64,000 nt of DNA, taken from an uncultured Alphaproteobacteria bacterium. Lineage in GTDB: Bacteria; Pseudomonadota; Alphaproteobacteria; Rs-D84. A program made the translations under genes and the position numbers. The notes under the pieces are model-generated. The model was not told the origin of the DNA. It did no database searches and saw nothing but the letters and a program-made list of their open reading frames with translations. Where the stretch lies: contig CAKQEW010000004.1 in the NCBI GenBank assembly GCA_934230415.1, positions 1,445-65,444 on the forward strand, given 5' to 3'. Of this stretch, positions 8,326-17,121 are shown one piece after another (the stretch's first letter is position 1; the number at the start of each line of letters is the position of its first letter).

Positions 8326-10530
8326 ATGTTTAACGCAGGCGATATTGTCAAAGTTTTAATACCGAATGTTGTCAATGCCGGGTATGATTACCGGCTGACG
8401 GCGCCTGTGGATTTGGGGCAATTTGTGGCATGCCGTGTTATGAACCGACCATATATTGGCGTTGTGTGGGGTGTTGGGGATTCTGGATTGCCGGCGGATA
8501 AAATCAAAGATATATCGGATGTGTATGATGCGCGTCTGCCTGTTTCGGATTTACAGTGGATTGCAAAAATGTCTGGGTGGACACTGATGACGCCGGGTGC
8601 GGTGTTGCGACTGATTGTAAATGTGCCAGATGCGTTTTTGCCACCAAAAATGGAACCGTTATATGGCCTGAATATCACAGATGGCGTCCGCATGACCGCC
8701 CCGCGCCAGGCGGTTTCGGATGCATTTGCGTCAAACGACGGTGACCCAATGTCAGTCGCCGACATTCAAAATATCGCACACGTCAGTTCGTCTGTGGTTC
8801 GTACAATGATAGGTCAGGGGATACTCGTGCCCAGAGAGCAGAGAGCAAAGAGCAGAGAGCAATGTGCCCCCGTATATCACGATTGTGGTAACATAAAATT
8901 AAATACCGAACAACAATCGGCGGCGGATACGATTGGTGCGGCGATTGATGCGGGTGGTTTTTCTGTGTTTTTGCTGGATGGCATCACGGGCAGTGGTAAA
9001 ACCCAGGTTTATTTTGATGCTGCATGGCGCGCATATTCGCGCGGGGCATCTGTATTACTGATGATGCCAGAAATCGCACTGACGGCGCAATTTATGCACC
9101 GGTTTACGGCACGATTTGGTGCTGCGCCCGTTGTGTGGCACAGCAATTTAACCGCGGCGCGTCGGCGTGAAATCTGGCGTGGGGTGTTGCGTGGCGAAAT
9201 TCGTATGGTCGTTGGCACGCGCAGTGCGCTGTTCCTGCCGTGGCAAAATCTGGGGCTGATTGTCGTGGACGAAGAACACGATACATCATATAAACAGGAA
9301 GATATGGGTAACTATCATGCGCGTGATATGGCGGTACTGCGTGCGAAAATCGCCGGATTCCCCGTCGTGTTGGCCAGTGCGACGCCCGCGGCGGAAACGT
9401 TACAGAATACCCAATCAGGTAAATATAAGTTGCTGCGCCTGACGTCACGATTTGGTGGTGCGCAAATGCCAACAATTGAAACGATTGATTTGCGTGAAAA
9501 TCGGCCGGACGCGTATTGTGTGTCAAATGATGCGGACGCCGCGCCCCAGAATGGGTGCCTGTCGGCGCCGATGTGCGCGGCGATTTCTGATACATTGTCC
9601 CAGCATCGCCAGGTAATGTTGTTTATAAATCGGCGCGGATTTGCACCAATTGTTCAGTGTAAAAAATGTGGTTGGGTTGCCCAGTGTCCTGATTGCAGCG
9701 TCAGCATGACATACCATCGTGCGGTGGGTAAATTACTGTGTCATATGTGTGGGCGTACCGCACCAATGCCGACCCGGTGTCCCGATTGTGGTGGTGATGT
9801 ATCCATGCGTGGCGCGGGCCTGGAAAAGATAGCAGAAGAGGTGTCCGTCCGTTTCCCAGCGGCGCGTGTGGCATTGGTATCCAGTGATACGATTTCATCG
9901 CGCCAGGCATTGGAACGCATGGTCACGAAAATGGAAAATGGCGAAATAGATATCGTTATCGGCACCCAGATTCTGGCCAAGGGGCACCATTTTCCGAATC
10001 TGACATTGGTTGGCGTGGTTGATGCCGATATGGGGCTGTTTGGGACAGATTTCCGTGCCGCCGAACACACGTTTCAGCAATTATTCCAGGTCGCCGGTCG
10101 TGCCGGTCGTGGCGAATTTCCGGGGCGGGTGTTACTGCAAACGTATCAACCGGACCATCCGGTCCTGCGTGCGATATGTGCGGGTGACCGTGATGCGTTT
10201 ATGGCATCTGATATGGCGTCGCGTCGTGCGGCGGGAATGCCCCCGTTTGGGCAATTGATTGCGGTGATTGTGGAATGCCAGCGCGAAGACGCGCTGAAAA
10301 AATATTGTGCCGCATTGGCGGCGGCCGTGCCGAACGCGGCGGGCGTAAAAATCATGGGGCCAATCGCGGCGGGCGTGTACCAAATCAGAAACTGGTATCG
10401 TATGCGGTTCCTGGTCGTGGGCGGGGCGACAACATTATTACAACCGGTCGTTGCACATTGGTTGCGCGCGGTGCGCGCCCCCGCCAACATTCGGGTCAAG
10501 GTTGACGTGAACCCGCAAAACTTTATGTAA
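8326..10530 (+). CDS. priA: Primosomal protein N' (replication restart helicase)
   Basis: Walker A GITGSGKTQVY, DEEHD box, Cys-rich zinc region CKKCGW..CPDC..CHMCG..CPDCG, helicase motif VI QVAGRAGRG. Confidence 0.92.
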   Translation: MFNAGDIVKVLIPNVVNAGYDYRLTAPVDLGQFVACRVMNRPYIGVVWGVGDSGLPADKIKDISDVYDARLPVSDLQWIAKMSGWTLMTPGAVLRLIVNVPDAFLPPKMEPLYGLNITDGVRMTAPRQAVSDAFASNDGDPMSVADIQNIAHVSSSVVRTMIGQGILVPREQRAKSREQCAPVYHDCGNIKLNTEQQSAADTIGAAIDAGGFSVFLLDGITGSGKTQVYFDAAWRAYSRGASVLLMMPEIALTAQFMHRFTARFGAAPVVWHSNLTAARRREIWRGVLRGEIRMVVGTRSALFLPWQNLGLIVVDEEHDTSYKQEDMGNYHARDMAVLRAKIAGFPVVLASATPAAETLQNTQSGKYKLLRLTSRFGGAQMPTIETIDLRENRPDAYCVSNDADAAPQNGCLSAPMCAAISDTLSQHRQVMLFINRRGFAPIVQCKKCGWVAQCPDCSVSMTYHRAVGKLLCHMCGRTAPMPTRCPDCGGDVSMRGAGLEKIAEEVSVRFPAARVALVSSDTISSRQALERMVTKMENGEIDIVIGTQILAKGHHFPNLTLVGVVDADMGLFGTDFRAAEHTFQQLFQVAGRAGRGEFPGRVLLQTYQPDHPVLRAICAGDRDAFMASDMASRRAAGMPPFGQLIAVIVECQREDALKKYCAALAAAVPNAAGVKIMGPIAAGVYQIRNWYRMRFLVVGGATTLLQPVVAHWLRAVRAPANIRVKVDVNPQNFM

Positions 10531-10579
10531 TTTTAATTTTCTGTTTGATTTAATTTGCGTATTTGGCTAGCATACCCAT

Positions 10580-10757
10580 TGACATGGGGTGTTCCCATGT
10601 CGGGGATTCAAGACCCCATTAAAACCAGCGTCCATGTGACGATAAAAAACTCCAACACCCACACGGGTTGGAGGGCTGCGAATATATTGAATAAGCACGC
10701 TATAACTGGTTTTATAGTCTTGAACCTCCAACCACCTGAATATTTCGGTGGTTTTTT
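10580..10757 (+). ncRNA. Candidate attenuator-like leader / sRNA, copy A
   Basis: Possible promoter TTGATT-17-TAGCAT (10545-10573). 5' hairpin CATGGG-gtgtt-CCCATG, hairpin CUCCAAC..GGUUGGAG, second CCUCCAACC overlapping terminator AACCACC-loop-GGUGGUU-U6. Homologous to 17485-17654 on the minus strand. Confidence 0.4.
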
Positions 10758-10778
10758 AATGTCACAGGGGGGCCAGTG

Positions 10779-11567
10779 ATGTTTGCAAAAAAATTACTTA
10801 TACCAATAATGATTTTGGCGTTGTCGCCGGCATTTGCCGCGAATTGCGAGGTTTCATTGATAGAGACAACCGATGCCAGCACGACCGGTATTACAAACTG
10901 CATCAATGGTGAATTATACCAATTTGGCAGCAATGTGTTTGAATCATGTCTGGATTGTAAACCTGGTGTCAAGAGCATAGAAACAACATACGTATCCAGC
11001 AGTTGCAACCAATCCACAACACGGGTAATTTGCGCCACCACATGCACATCGGAATTGGGCGCCGAAACCAGCACGGTTGGATGCGACCTGGCCGAGGTAT
11101 ATAATTTTGGTGGCGGGTCGTACACAACGTGCAAACAATGCTCAAATGGATATAAGGCCCAAACCGACACGTACACGGATTTACAGTGCACAAACACTGT
11201 GACGTATACCAAATGCGTGGTTGACCCGACTGCCGAATGTACCGATGATTCTGATTGTGATGATGTCCTAGAGACGCCTGATTCCACTGGGCGTGCCCTG
11301 GCACGGACGGGTGGATATTGCAGTGGCGGTGAATGTGCATATCAGGATGAATATTATGTCTGTGTGGCCGGTTATTATGGCAATGGTGAAACATGTACAA
11401 AATGCCCCGCCAGTGCCGATGGCGCGACCGTGACGACGTTCTTTGAAACGACACCGACCTTGTCGTGGACCACAGATGTTCGTGGGTGCTTTATTGCCAA
11501 GGATACCACGGGAACCGACACGGCGGGTTCATTTATATATGAAAACAAGTGCAGTTATTCAGAATAA
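10779..11567 (+). CDS. Secreted cysteine-rich repeat protein (CxxC / furin- or TNFR-like repeats)
   Basis: Signal peptide ...LALSPAFA. About 30 Cys occur in recurring C-x2-C..GY contexts (CLDCKPG, CKQCSNGY, CTKCPAS). Confidence 0.7.
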   Translation: MFAKKLLIPIMILALSPAFAANCEVSLIETTDASTTGITNCINGELYQFGSNVFESCLDCKPGVKSIETTYVSSSCNQSTTRVICATTCTSELGAETSTVGCDLAEVYNFGGGSYTTCKQCSNGYKAQTDTYTDLQCTNTVTYTKCVVDPTAECTDDSDCDDVLETPDSTGRALARTGGYCSGGECAYQDEYYVCVAGYYGNGETCTKCPASADGATVTTFFETTPTLSWTTDVRGCFIAKDTTGTDTAGSFIYENKCSYSE

Positions 11568-11590
11568 AAATGCCCCGTATGGGGCATTTT
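11566..11590. terminator. Bidirectional intrinsic terminator
   Basis: aaaaatgccccgtatggggcatttt. Confidence 0.8.
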
Positions 11591-11837
11591 AATGTTGGCG
11601 TTCGGATTCTTTTGCCTTGGCCTGGGCCATGACCTTTTTGCGTTTGATTAACGCCTTGACCCGGTCAACGCCGTTCATCAGTGCATCAACCAGACTTGGT
11701 TTATTCAGCAGGCGCTCTTCGCGTTCTTCGGCCATGCGCATAATCTCTTCATCATGTGCGCGCATTTCCGCTTTTAATCTTTCGTCAATTGGAAACCGCA
11801 AGTTATTATCGGTTACCGTGATTCCTTCTTCGTCCAT
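11589..11837 (-). CDS. Small charged hypothetical protein (82 aa) downstream of the virB11-like gene
   Basis: ORF lies 29 nt after the ATPase gene on the same strand. Charged and probably coiled-coil. Confidence 0.45.
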   Translation of the reverse strand: MDEEGITVTDNNLRFPIDERLKAEMRAHDEEIMRMAEEREERLLNKPSLVDALMNGVDRVKALIKRKKVMAQAKAKESERQH

Positions 11838-11866
11838 GTTTTTCTCCTTTTTTATCTGTGTGGGTG

Positions 11867-12826
11867 CTATACAACCTCGGTCACGGCGCGCAGTGCGCCA
11901 TCACGCGATAATTGTACAACGCGAATCTTTTTCTTCATTTCTGCAATCAGGTCGGTGCGATTATACGCCGGTTGGGTATGCAGAATACGGTCGGCAAACG
12001 CTGCGTATGCGGCATCGGCACTCTCGGCATGAATGGTGGTATAGAAATGGTCGTGTCCCGTCCCCAGCATTTCCCACAGAACCGCCGCATTGTCCGTGGA
12101 AATTTCCCCGCCGATAATAACATCTGGCGTCATACGTACCACCAAATCCAACAGGCGCGCATAATTAAACGAATTTGTCTGTTCGGTACGCGACAGGACA
12201 AAGTGAACACGGTTTGCCTGCGGAACACGAATTTCACGCGCATCTTCCACGGTAATCACACGACTGTTTTGGTCAATCAGGGTCAGCATGTGATTCAAAA
12301 ACGTTGTTTTACCGGTTGCGGTCGCACCGCTGATTAAAATCGGACTGCCGTCATTAATGGCAGACATCAGTCTGTCATATGGGTCATCGGGACGCACGTT
12401 CTGGCGTGGTTTAACCTTTAACAACGGTTTGCCACGTGTCAGGCCGTAATTTGCAAATGACGTATCGTGGGCCGTGGCACCACGTATGTTCAGGGCAACG
12501 CCACCTGTGACATCGCGTTCATCATACTGAACGTTTGGCCCCGCAATTGCCGAAAAACGATGGTTGCCCGCCAACGTGGCATACACGACCGGTATACCGT
12601 GAACCGGGTCAAATGGCAAATCATATATATTTGCAACCGTGTGAATTAAATCCACCAAATATTGTTTGGTCAGTATCGGCGCATCATACGCAACCCACGG
12701 CACGCGTGCACCGTGCAATCGCATCCACACCTGGCCGGCGTGGTTGATTGCGATTTCTTCAACAAACGACGGGCGGTAAAATTCCGCCAGTGGTTTCAGC
12801 AAAGAATCCAGAACTACATTTGACAT
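11867..12826 (-). CDS. VirB11-family type IV secretion ATPase (orphan)
   Basis: 319 aa. Walker A SGATATGKTT, ITVEDAREI (Asp box), GGEISTDNA and GHDHFYTTIHA (His box) are typical of the T2SS/T4SS traffic ATPase family at VirB11 size. Confidence 0.8.
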   Translation of the reverse strand: MSNVVLDSLLKPLAEFYRPSFVEEIAINHAGQVWMRLHGARVPWVAYDAPILTKQYLVDLIHTVANIYDLPFDPVHGIPVVYATLAGNHRFSAIAGPNVQYDERDVTGGVALNIRGATAHDTSFANYGLTRGKPLLKVKPRQNVRPDDPYDRLMSAINDGSPILISGATATGKTTFLNHMLTLIDQNSRVITVEDAREIRVPQANRVHFVLSRTEQTNSFNYARLLDLVVRMTPDVIIGGEISTDNAAVLWEMLGTGHDHFYTTIHAESADAAYAAFADRILHTQPAYNRTDLIAEMKKKIRVVQLSRDGALRAVTEVV

Positions 12827-12908
12827 TATGTTTTGATTTTATCATAAATCCGGTCTTGAATCAAAAAGGATTATTTGATAAAATCAAAAAAACAAGAGAG
12901 ATACGAAC

Positions 12909-13472
12909 ATGAAAAAATCCTTGCTGTTTTTGATGTGCGGTGCGTTGGCATTGGCCGGATGCGCCACAGACACAGATGCGCCGTATAACCAGGACGATTT
13001 TGCCAACGGTGGGGCGGACGCGCCACTGTATAACGAACGGACCAGCACGTTTATGCAATCTGACAATCAATACTCTAATATTGATTCGTATAAACCGAAA
13101 ACGGCTGCGGAAAAGGAACAGTCTAATAACAAATGGAAAACATCGCGTATGGAAACCCGCTGGCAAGAATACAAGGGTGCGATGGTTCGTGTTCAGATTT
13201 TGTTGGGCAACACCGATATGCGTGAAATGCGCCTGCGCCTGGTTCAAAATGCCGATGGTATGGATATTGATGGCGACAGTCGTACAATATTGGGTCATGT
13301 TGCTGATTACGAGATGAAGCGTGTATGTGGCCGCAACGCGGACAGCATTGTTATGGTATATGACCGTCCATCGTTTGATGTGATGCGCCCGACGCCGTTC
13401 TTTGATTATCGGATAGAGGCCGAAGGCGTCACCATGCGCGAATACGGGTTCCGTTGCGTTTACAATAAATAA
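12909..13472 (+). CDS. Lipoprotein, function unknown
   Basis: Lipobox ALALAGC; GAGAG RBS upstream. Confidence 0.6.
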   Translation: MKKSLLFLMCGALALAGCATDTDAPYNQDDFANGGADAPLYNERTSTFMQSDNQYSNIDSYKPKTAAEKEQSNNKWKTSRMETRWQEYKGAMVRVQILLGNTDMREMRLRLVQNADGMDIDGDSRTILGHVADYEMKRVCGRNADSIVMVYDRPSFDVMRPTPFFDYRIEAEGVTMREYGFRCVYNK

Positions 13473-13497
13473 CAATCATAAATAAAAGGGTGCAAAT

Positions 13498-13830
13498 ATG
13501 AAAAAGATTATGTCAGCGGCGGTTGTGGCCGGCGCAATGGTCCTGGGTGCATGCGACAGCAATGCAAACGATGTTGCCAAAAATGGTGACACTGTCGTGA
13601 TTGATTTTGCCGGGTTCAAGGACGGGGTGCAATTCCCGGGTGGCACGGCAACCGGATATAAATTGACACTGGGCAGTGGCCAATTTGTCCCCGGGTTTGA
13701 AGACCAGGTTGTTGGTATGGCACGTGGCGAAACCCGTGATATTAATATCACATTTCCGCAAAACTATTATCCAGAATTGGCGGGCCAGGCGGTTGTGTTC
13801 AAGGTCACCGTCCAAGACATCATTAAATAA
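13498..13830 (+). CDS. FKBP-type PPIase domain lipoprotein (trigger-factor PPIase-like)
   Basis: Lipobox MVLGAC followed by GDTVVIDFAGFKDGVQFPGGTATGYKLTLGSGQFVPGFEDQVVGM..FPQNY..LAGQAVVFKVTV, which is the trigger-factor PPIase signature. Confidence 0.75.
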   Translation: MKKIMSAAVVAGAMVLGACDSNANDVAKNGDTVVIDFAGFKDGVQFPGGTATGYKLTLGSGQFVPGFEDQVVGMARGETRDINITFPQNYYPELAGQAVVFKVTVQDIIK

Positions 13831-13832
13831 AG

Positions 13833-13857
13833 AAACGTCCCACTGGGACGTTTTTTT
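13833..13857. terminator. Bidirectional intrinsic terminator
   Basis: aaacgtcccactgggacgttttttt. Confidence 0.8.
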
Positions 13858-14677
13858 ATTCTACGGCCACGATAAATATTTTTGCGTCGTTGGCGGCGCG
13901 GATTGTGGCCTCTTTATCCACAACAAAGCATGTTTTTGCATTTACGATAATCCCGCGCAGGTGTGCCGCCGCAACTGCACGTACGGTATCAACCCCAATC
14001 GCCGGAATATCAATACGCAGGTCCTGGCCCGGTTTTGTCATTTTCGCAAATACCCCACTGGCGCGGCGTTTGTTTTTACGCATTGCGACCACGCGTTCCA
14101 GCATTTTGGCGGTGCCTTCGGCTGCCTCTACGGCGATGACCTGTTTATCAACAACGACCGATGCGCCAATGTCGGCGGCGCCGATTGTGTGCGATACATC
14201 CACCGCGCGTTCAATGTCGCGTGCGTCGGATTTGCTGGGGCGCACCCGTGTTTTTACCCCGGCGGTTTCAAATGCCAGTTCCGGTGCCGCGTCCTGGGCG
14301 GCAACGATTTCAAATCCGCGCTTTTCCAATGCCTTGTTCAATGCAGTCCCCATAGAATCATACCCCCGTTGATGTTTCATAATGCTGAATAACATGCCAA
14401 TTGACCACCAATCTGGCCGAATATCGGCAAAATTCGGATGCCCCAGTGCGCCAACAAATGTCAATTTGCGAATTCCACGCCGGCGAAACTCGCGAATTGC
14501 CGGCCATGCACCACCCAATCGTACCACCAGGTCCGGATGCAAATCCGGATTTACAAAGTTTTTCAATCCGACGATGTATACATCCCATCCCGCCCGGCGC
14601 AATGCGTCGCGTGTAAAAAATGGTAAATCCAATGCACCCGCAACCAGGGCAATTTTCTTGTCTGTGTTTTTCTTCAT
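13856..14677 (-). CDS. lpxI: UDP-2,3-diacylglucosamine pyrophosphatase LpxI (DUF1009)
   Basis: KIALVAGALDLP N-terminus and C-terminal DIPAIGVDTV...GIIVNA pattern of LpxI. Start chosen at MKKNTDKK. Confidence 0.75.
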   Translation of the reverse strand: MKKNTDKKIALVAGALDLPFFTRDALRRAGWDVYIVGLKNFVNPDLHPDLVVRLGGAWPAIREFRRRGIRKLTFVGALGHPNFADIRPDWWSIGMLFSIMKHQRGYDSMGTALNKALEKRGFEIVAAQDAAPELAFETAGVKTRVRPSKSDARDIERAVDVSHTIGAADIGASVVVDKQVIAVEAAEGTAKMLERVVAMRKNKRRASGVFAKMTKPGQDLRIDIPAIGVDTVRAVAAAHLRGIIVNAKTCFVVDKEATIRAANDAKIFIVAVE

Positions 14678-14764
14678 ATTGCGTATGATACGCGTAAAAG
14701 GGGCTGGAATCAAGTCGCAAATTATGATAGAATTTGCGTATAATTAATCAGTGGGTATAACGTA

Positions 14765-15535
14765 ATGCAAAAAATATCTGTAATTGGATTGCTGATGGCA
14801 TTGGTGCCGATGTGTGCCAGTGCGACATACAGCGATAAAAATTTTGTTAGCGAGGTTAAAACCGGTCTGGATTTAATCGGCGCGCGCGCGAATGTGGATG
14901 TTGTTCCGGACGATGCGCCGGGCGAACTGGGGGCAGATGTGTATATGACCGCCGATGCGATGGATAATGCGCACGATATCCAGATGTTTATTCCAACCAC
15001 CATGTATGTTCGTGCGGGTGCGGGATTAAACCTGGGGTTCGCAACAGACCAGGCGAAAATTGGCGACCATAAATATGATGCCAGTGGTGGTTACGCGACC
15101 CAGATTGGTTTGGGGTGGAACCTGTCGTCATATGTGCGCGGCGAATTTGATTTCCAGAATACCACACTGAAATTTTCTGATTTAAAGCATTTGGATGCCC
15201 AGTATAACACGGTTGGCGCAATGCTGTATTTTGATTTTGCGCGTCGCTATGTCCAGACAGGCGATATCACACGTCGTCGCACATTTGTTCCGTTTATGGG
15301 ATTGGGGGCGGGCGTTGGTCGTTATGAATTCCAGGGTGCGACCGGTGCCGATGGTTTTGTGTTCGCGGCCCCGCGTGCGGCACTTGGGTTTAACGTGATG
15401 TTAAATGATTTGGTTGGAATTGATGTTATGTACCAGTACCAATTGATGATTGGTCATGGATTTGGTTGGGGCGTACGTGATGGTGGCGCAAATAATGTCA
15501 GCAATATCATGGCATCGTTTCGTGTGAATTTCTGA
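14765..15535 (+). CDS. Outer-membrane beta-barrel protein (Omp25/Omp31-like)
   Basis: Signal peptide, alternating beta-strand pattern, C-terminal ...SFRVNF. Confidence 0.75.
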   Translation: MQKISVIGLLMALVPMCASATYSDKNFVSEVKTGLDLIGARANVDVVPDDAPGELGADVYMTADAMDNAHDIQMFIPTTMYVRAGAGLNLGFATDQAKIGDHKYDASGGYATQIGLGWNLSSYVRGEFDFQNTTLKFSDLKHLDAQYNTVGAMLYFDFARRYVQTGDITRRRTFVPFMGLGAGVGRYEFQGATGADGFVFAAPRAALGFNVMLNDLVGIDVMYQYQLMIGHGFGWGVRDGGANNVSNIMASFRVNF

Positions 15536-15549
15536 TGGGGGAAAATAAA

Positions 15550-16194
15550 ATGAAATATGGATTATTAATTGGATTGGTTTGCCTGGTGCCGGGAATTGCC
15601 GGGGCGGCGATTCCATATCGTGTGCAACAGAATGTCGTACCATCAGTTTCAGAATCTGGCAATGATGACCAGGCGTTTGCGCGTATGCGTCGGTTCTATG
15701 TCGGTGGGATGTATAATTTTTCCATGTGGCAGAATAAAACGGACGAATTGGTATATGCGGCGGGCAAAAATACATCGTCATTTGAAATTGTCGCCGGTGT
15801 TCGCCCATATGACACATTCCGGGTTGAGGCAAACTATGTCCGCACCGTTGCCGAATGGGATGGTTTTAAAATGACGGGTGATACCGCATTTGTGAACGCG
15901 TTATTTGATGCCAGAATTGACAGCATGTATCGTCCATTTTATAACCAGCACCTGGTTCCATATGTCGGCGCCGGGGCGGGTCTGTCGTGGAATTCGTCTG
16001 ATGATATGCATATTGGTAAAAAAATCAGCCCGGCGGTGGCGGCACTGGCGGGGTTGGCGGTGGAATTGGGTGAATATTTCACACTGGATTTTGGATACCG
16101 TTATATGTATATGTTCAAACCAGAATTTGAATCAATGCCAAATATGGCGCCGTCTGCGCACCAGTTTCGTGCCGGCGTGCGTGTGAATTTCTGA
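15550..16194 (+). CDS. Outer-membrane beta-barrel protein (Omp25/Omp31-like), paralogue
   Basis: Signal peptide ...GIAGA; C-terminal ...RAGVRVNF; lies directly after the first porin gene. Confidence 0.75.
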   Translation: MKYGLLIGLVCLVPGIAGAAIPYRVQQNVVPSVSESGNDDQAFARMRRFYVGGMYNFSMWQNKTDELVYAAGKNTSSFEIVAGVRPYDTFRVEANYVRTVAEWDGFKMTGDTAFVNALFDARIDSMYRPFYNQHLVPYVGAGAGLSWNSSDDMHIGKKISPAVAALAGLAVELGEYFTLDFGYRYMYMFKPEFESMPNMAPSAHQFRAGVRVNF

Positions 16195-16196
16195 TA

Positions 16197-17120
16197 ATGA
16201 AAACGTGTCCGTTCTTTGGTGTATGTGGTGGGTGCAAATTTGATTTTGCCGCCCCGGATTATCGTGATAAAAAATTGGCGCTGGTGCGCGAATTGCCATT
16301 GACGGGCGATGCCATCTGGTCAGATGCGGGGATGCGTCGGCGTGCTGATTTTGCATTTGCCGGTGGCGTATTTGGTTTTTATGCCGCGCATTCCAAGGAT
16401 ATTATCCCGGTACGCACATGTCCGAATTTGGTCCACGAAATAAATGAAATCTTGCCGCATTTGGCGACATTGCCGTGGGGCGGGGCGGGGGCGTGTTTGG
16501 TTACGGCGTGTGATAATGGTATTGATATTGCCATTACATCAAATGTTCCATATTTTACACCCGAATTTCGTGCCGCCGCGTCGCATATGCCGGCAATTCG
16601 TATCACATGGAATGGGCATACGGTAAAACAAACGGCCACGCCGGTTGTAAATTTTGCCGGTCGCGCGGTGGAATATCCGTCTGGAGCGTTCTTGCAACCC
16701 ACAGTGCCCAGTGCGGACGCGTTGCGCGATATGGTCACCGCGGCGGCGCATGGTGCGCACCGCGTGGCGGATTTGTTCTGTGGTTTGGGTAATTTCACGT
16801 TTGCATTAAATGCCGATGGTTTTGATATCGTTGGTACTGGCACACACCGCGATTTGTTCACGCATCCATTAACGGTTGGGATGTTAAATACATACGATTG
16901 TGTGGTAATGGATCCGCCACGCGCCGGCGCATATGCCCAGTGTCGCGAAATTGTAAAGTCAAATGTTGGACGCGTAATTTATGTTTCGTGTAATCCCGCA
17001 ACATTTGCACGCGATGCGCGTGTACTGACCGGTGGTGGGTATAAAATGCGGCAACTGGTACCTGTTGACCAGTTCGTGGGCAGCACGCACTGGGAACTGT
17101 TTTCTGTATTTGAAAAATAA
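16197..17120 (+). CDS. SAM-dependent RNA (uracil-5)-methyltransferase, TrmA/RlmD family
   Basis: N-terminal Cys cluster CPFFGVCGGC, DLFCGLGNF, VVMDPPRAG, YVSCNPATFARD. Confidence 0.8.
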   Translation: MKTCPFFGVCGGCKFDFAAPDYRDKKLALVRELPLTGDAIWSDAGMRRRADFAFAGGVFGFYAAHSKDIIPVRTCPNLVHEINEILPHLATLPWGGAGACLVTACDNGIDIAITSNVPYFTPEFRAAASHMPAIRITWNGHTVKQTATPVVNFAGRAVEYPSGAFLQPTVPSADALRDMVTAAAHGAHRVADLFCGLGNFTFALNADGFDIVGTGTHRDLFTHPLTVGMLNTYDCVVMDPPRAGAYAQCREIVKSNVGRVIYVSCNPATFARDARVLTGGGYKMRQLVPVDQFVGSTHWELFSVFEK

Positions 17121-17121
17121 T

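Noticed and set aside
10712-11287. 191-aa minus-strand ORF opposite the Cys-rich protein gene
   Set aside because: It is antisense to a gene with a signal peptide and RBS, and its composition is His/Val/Ser-rich low complexity.
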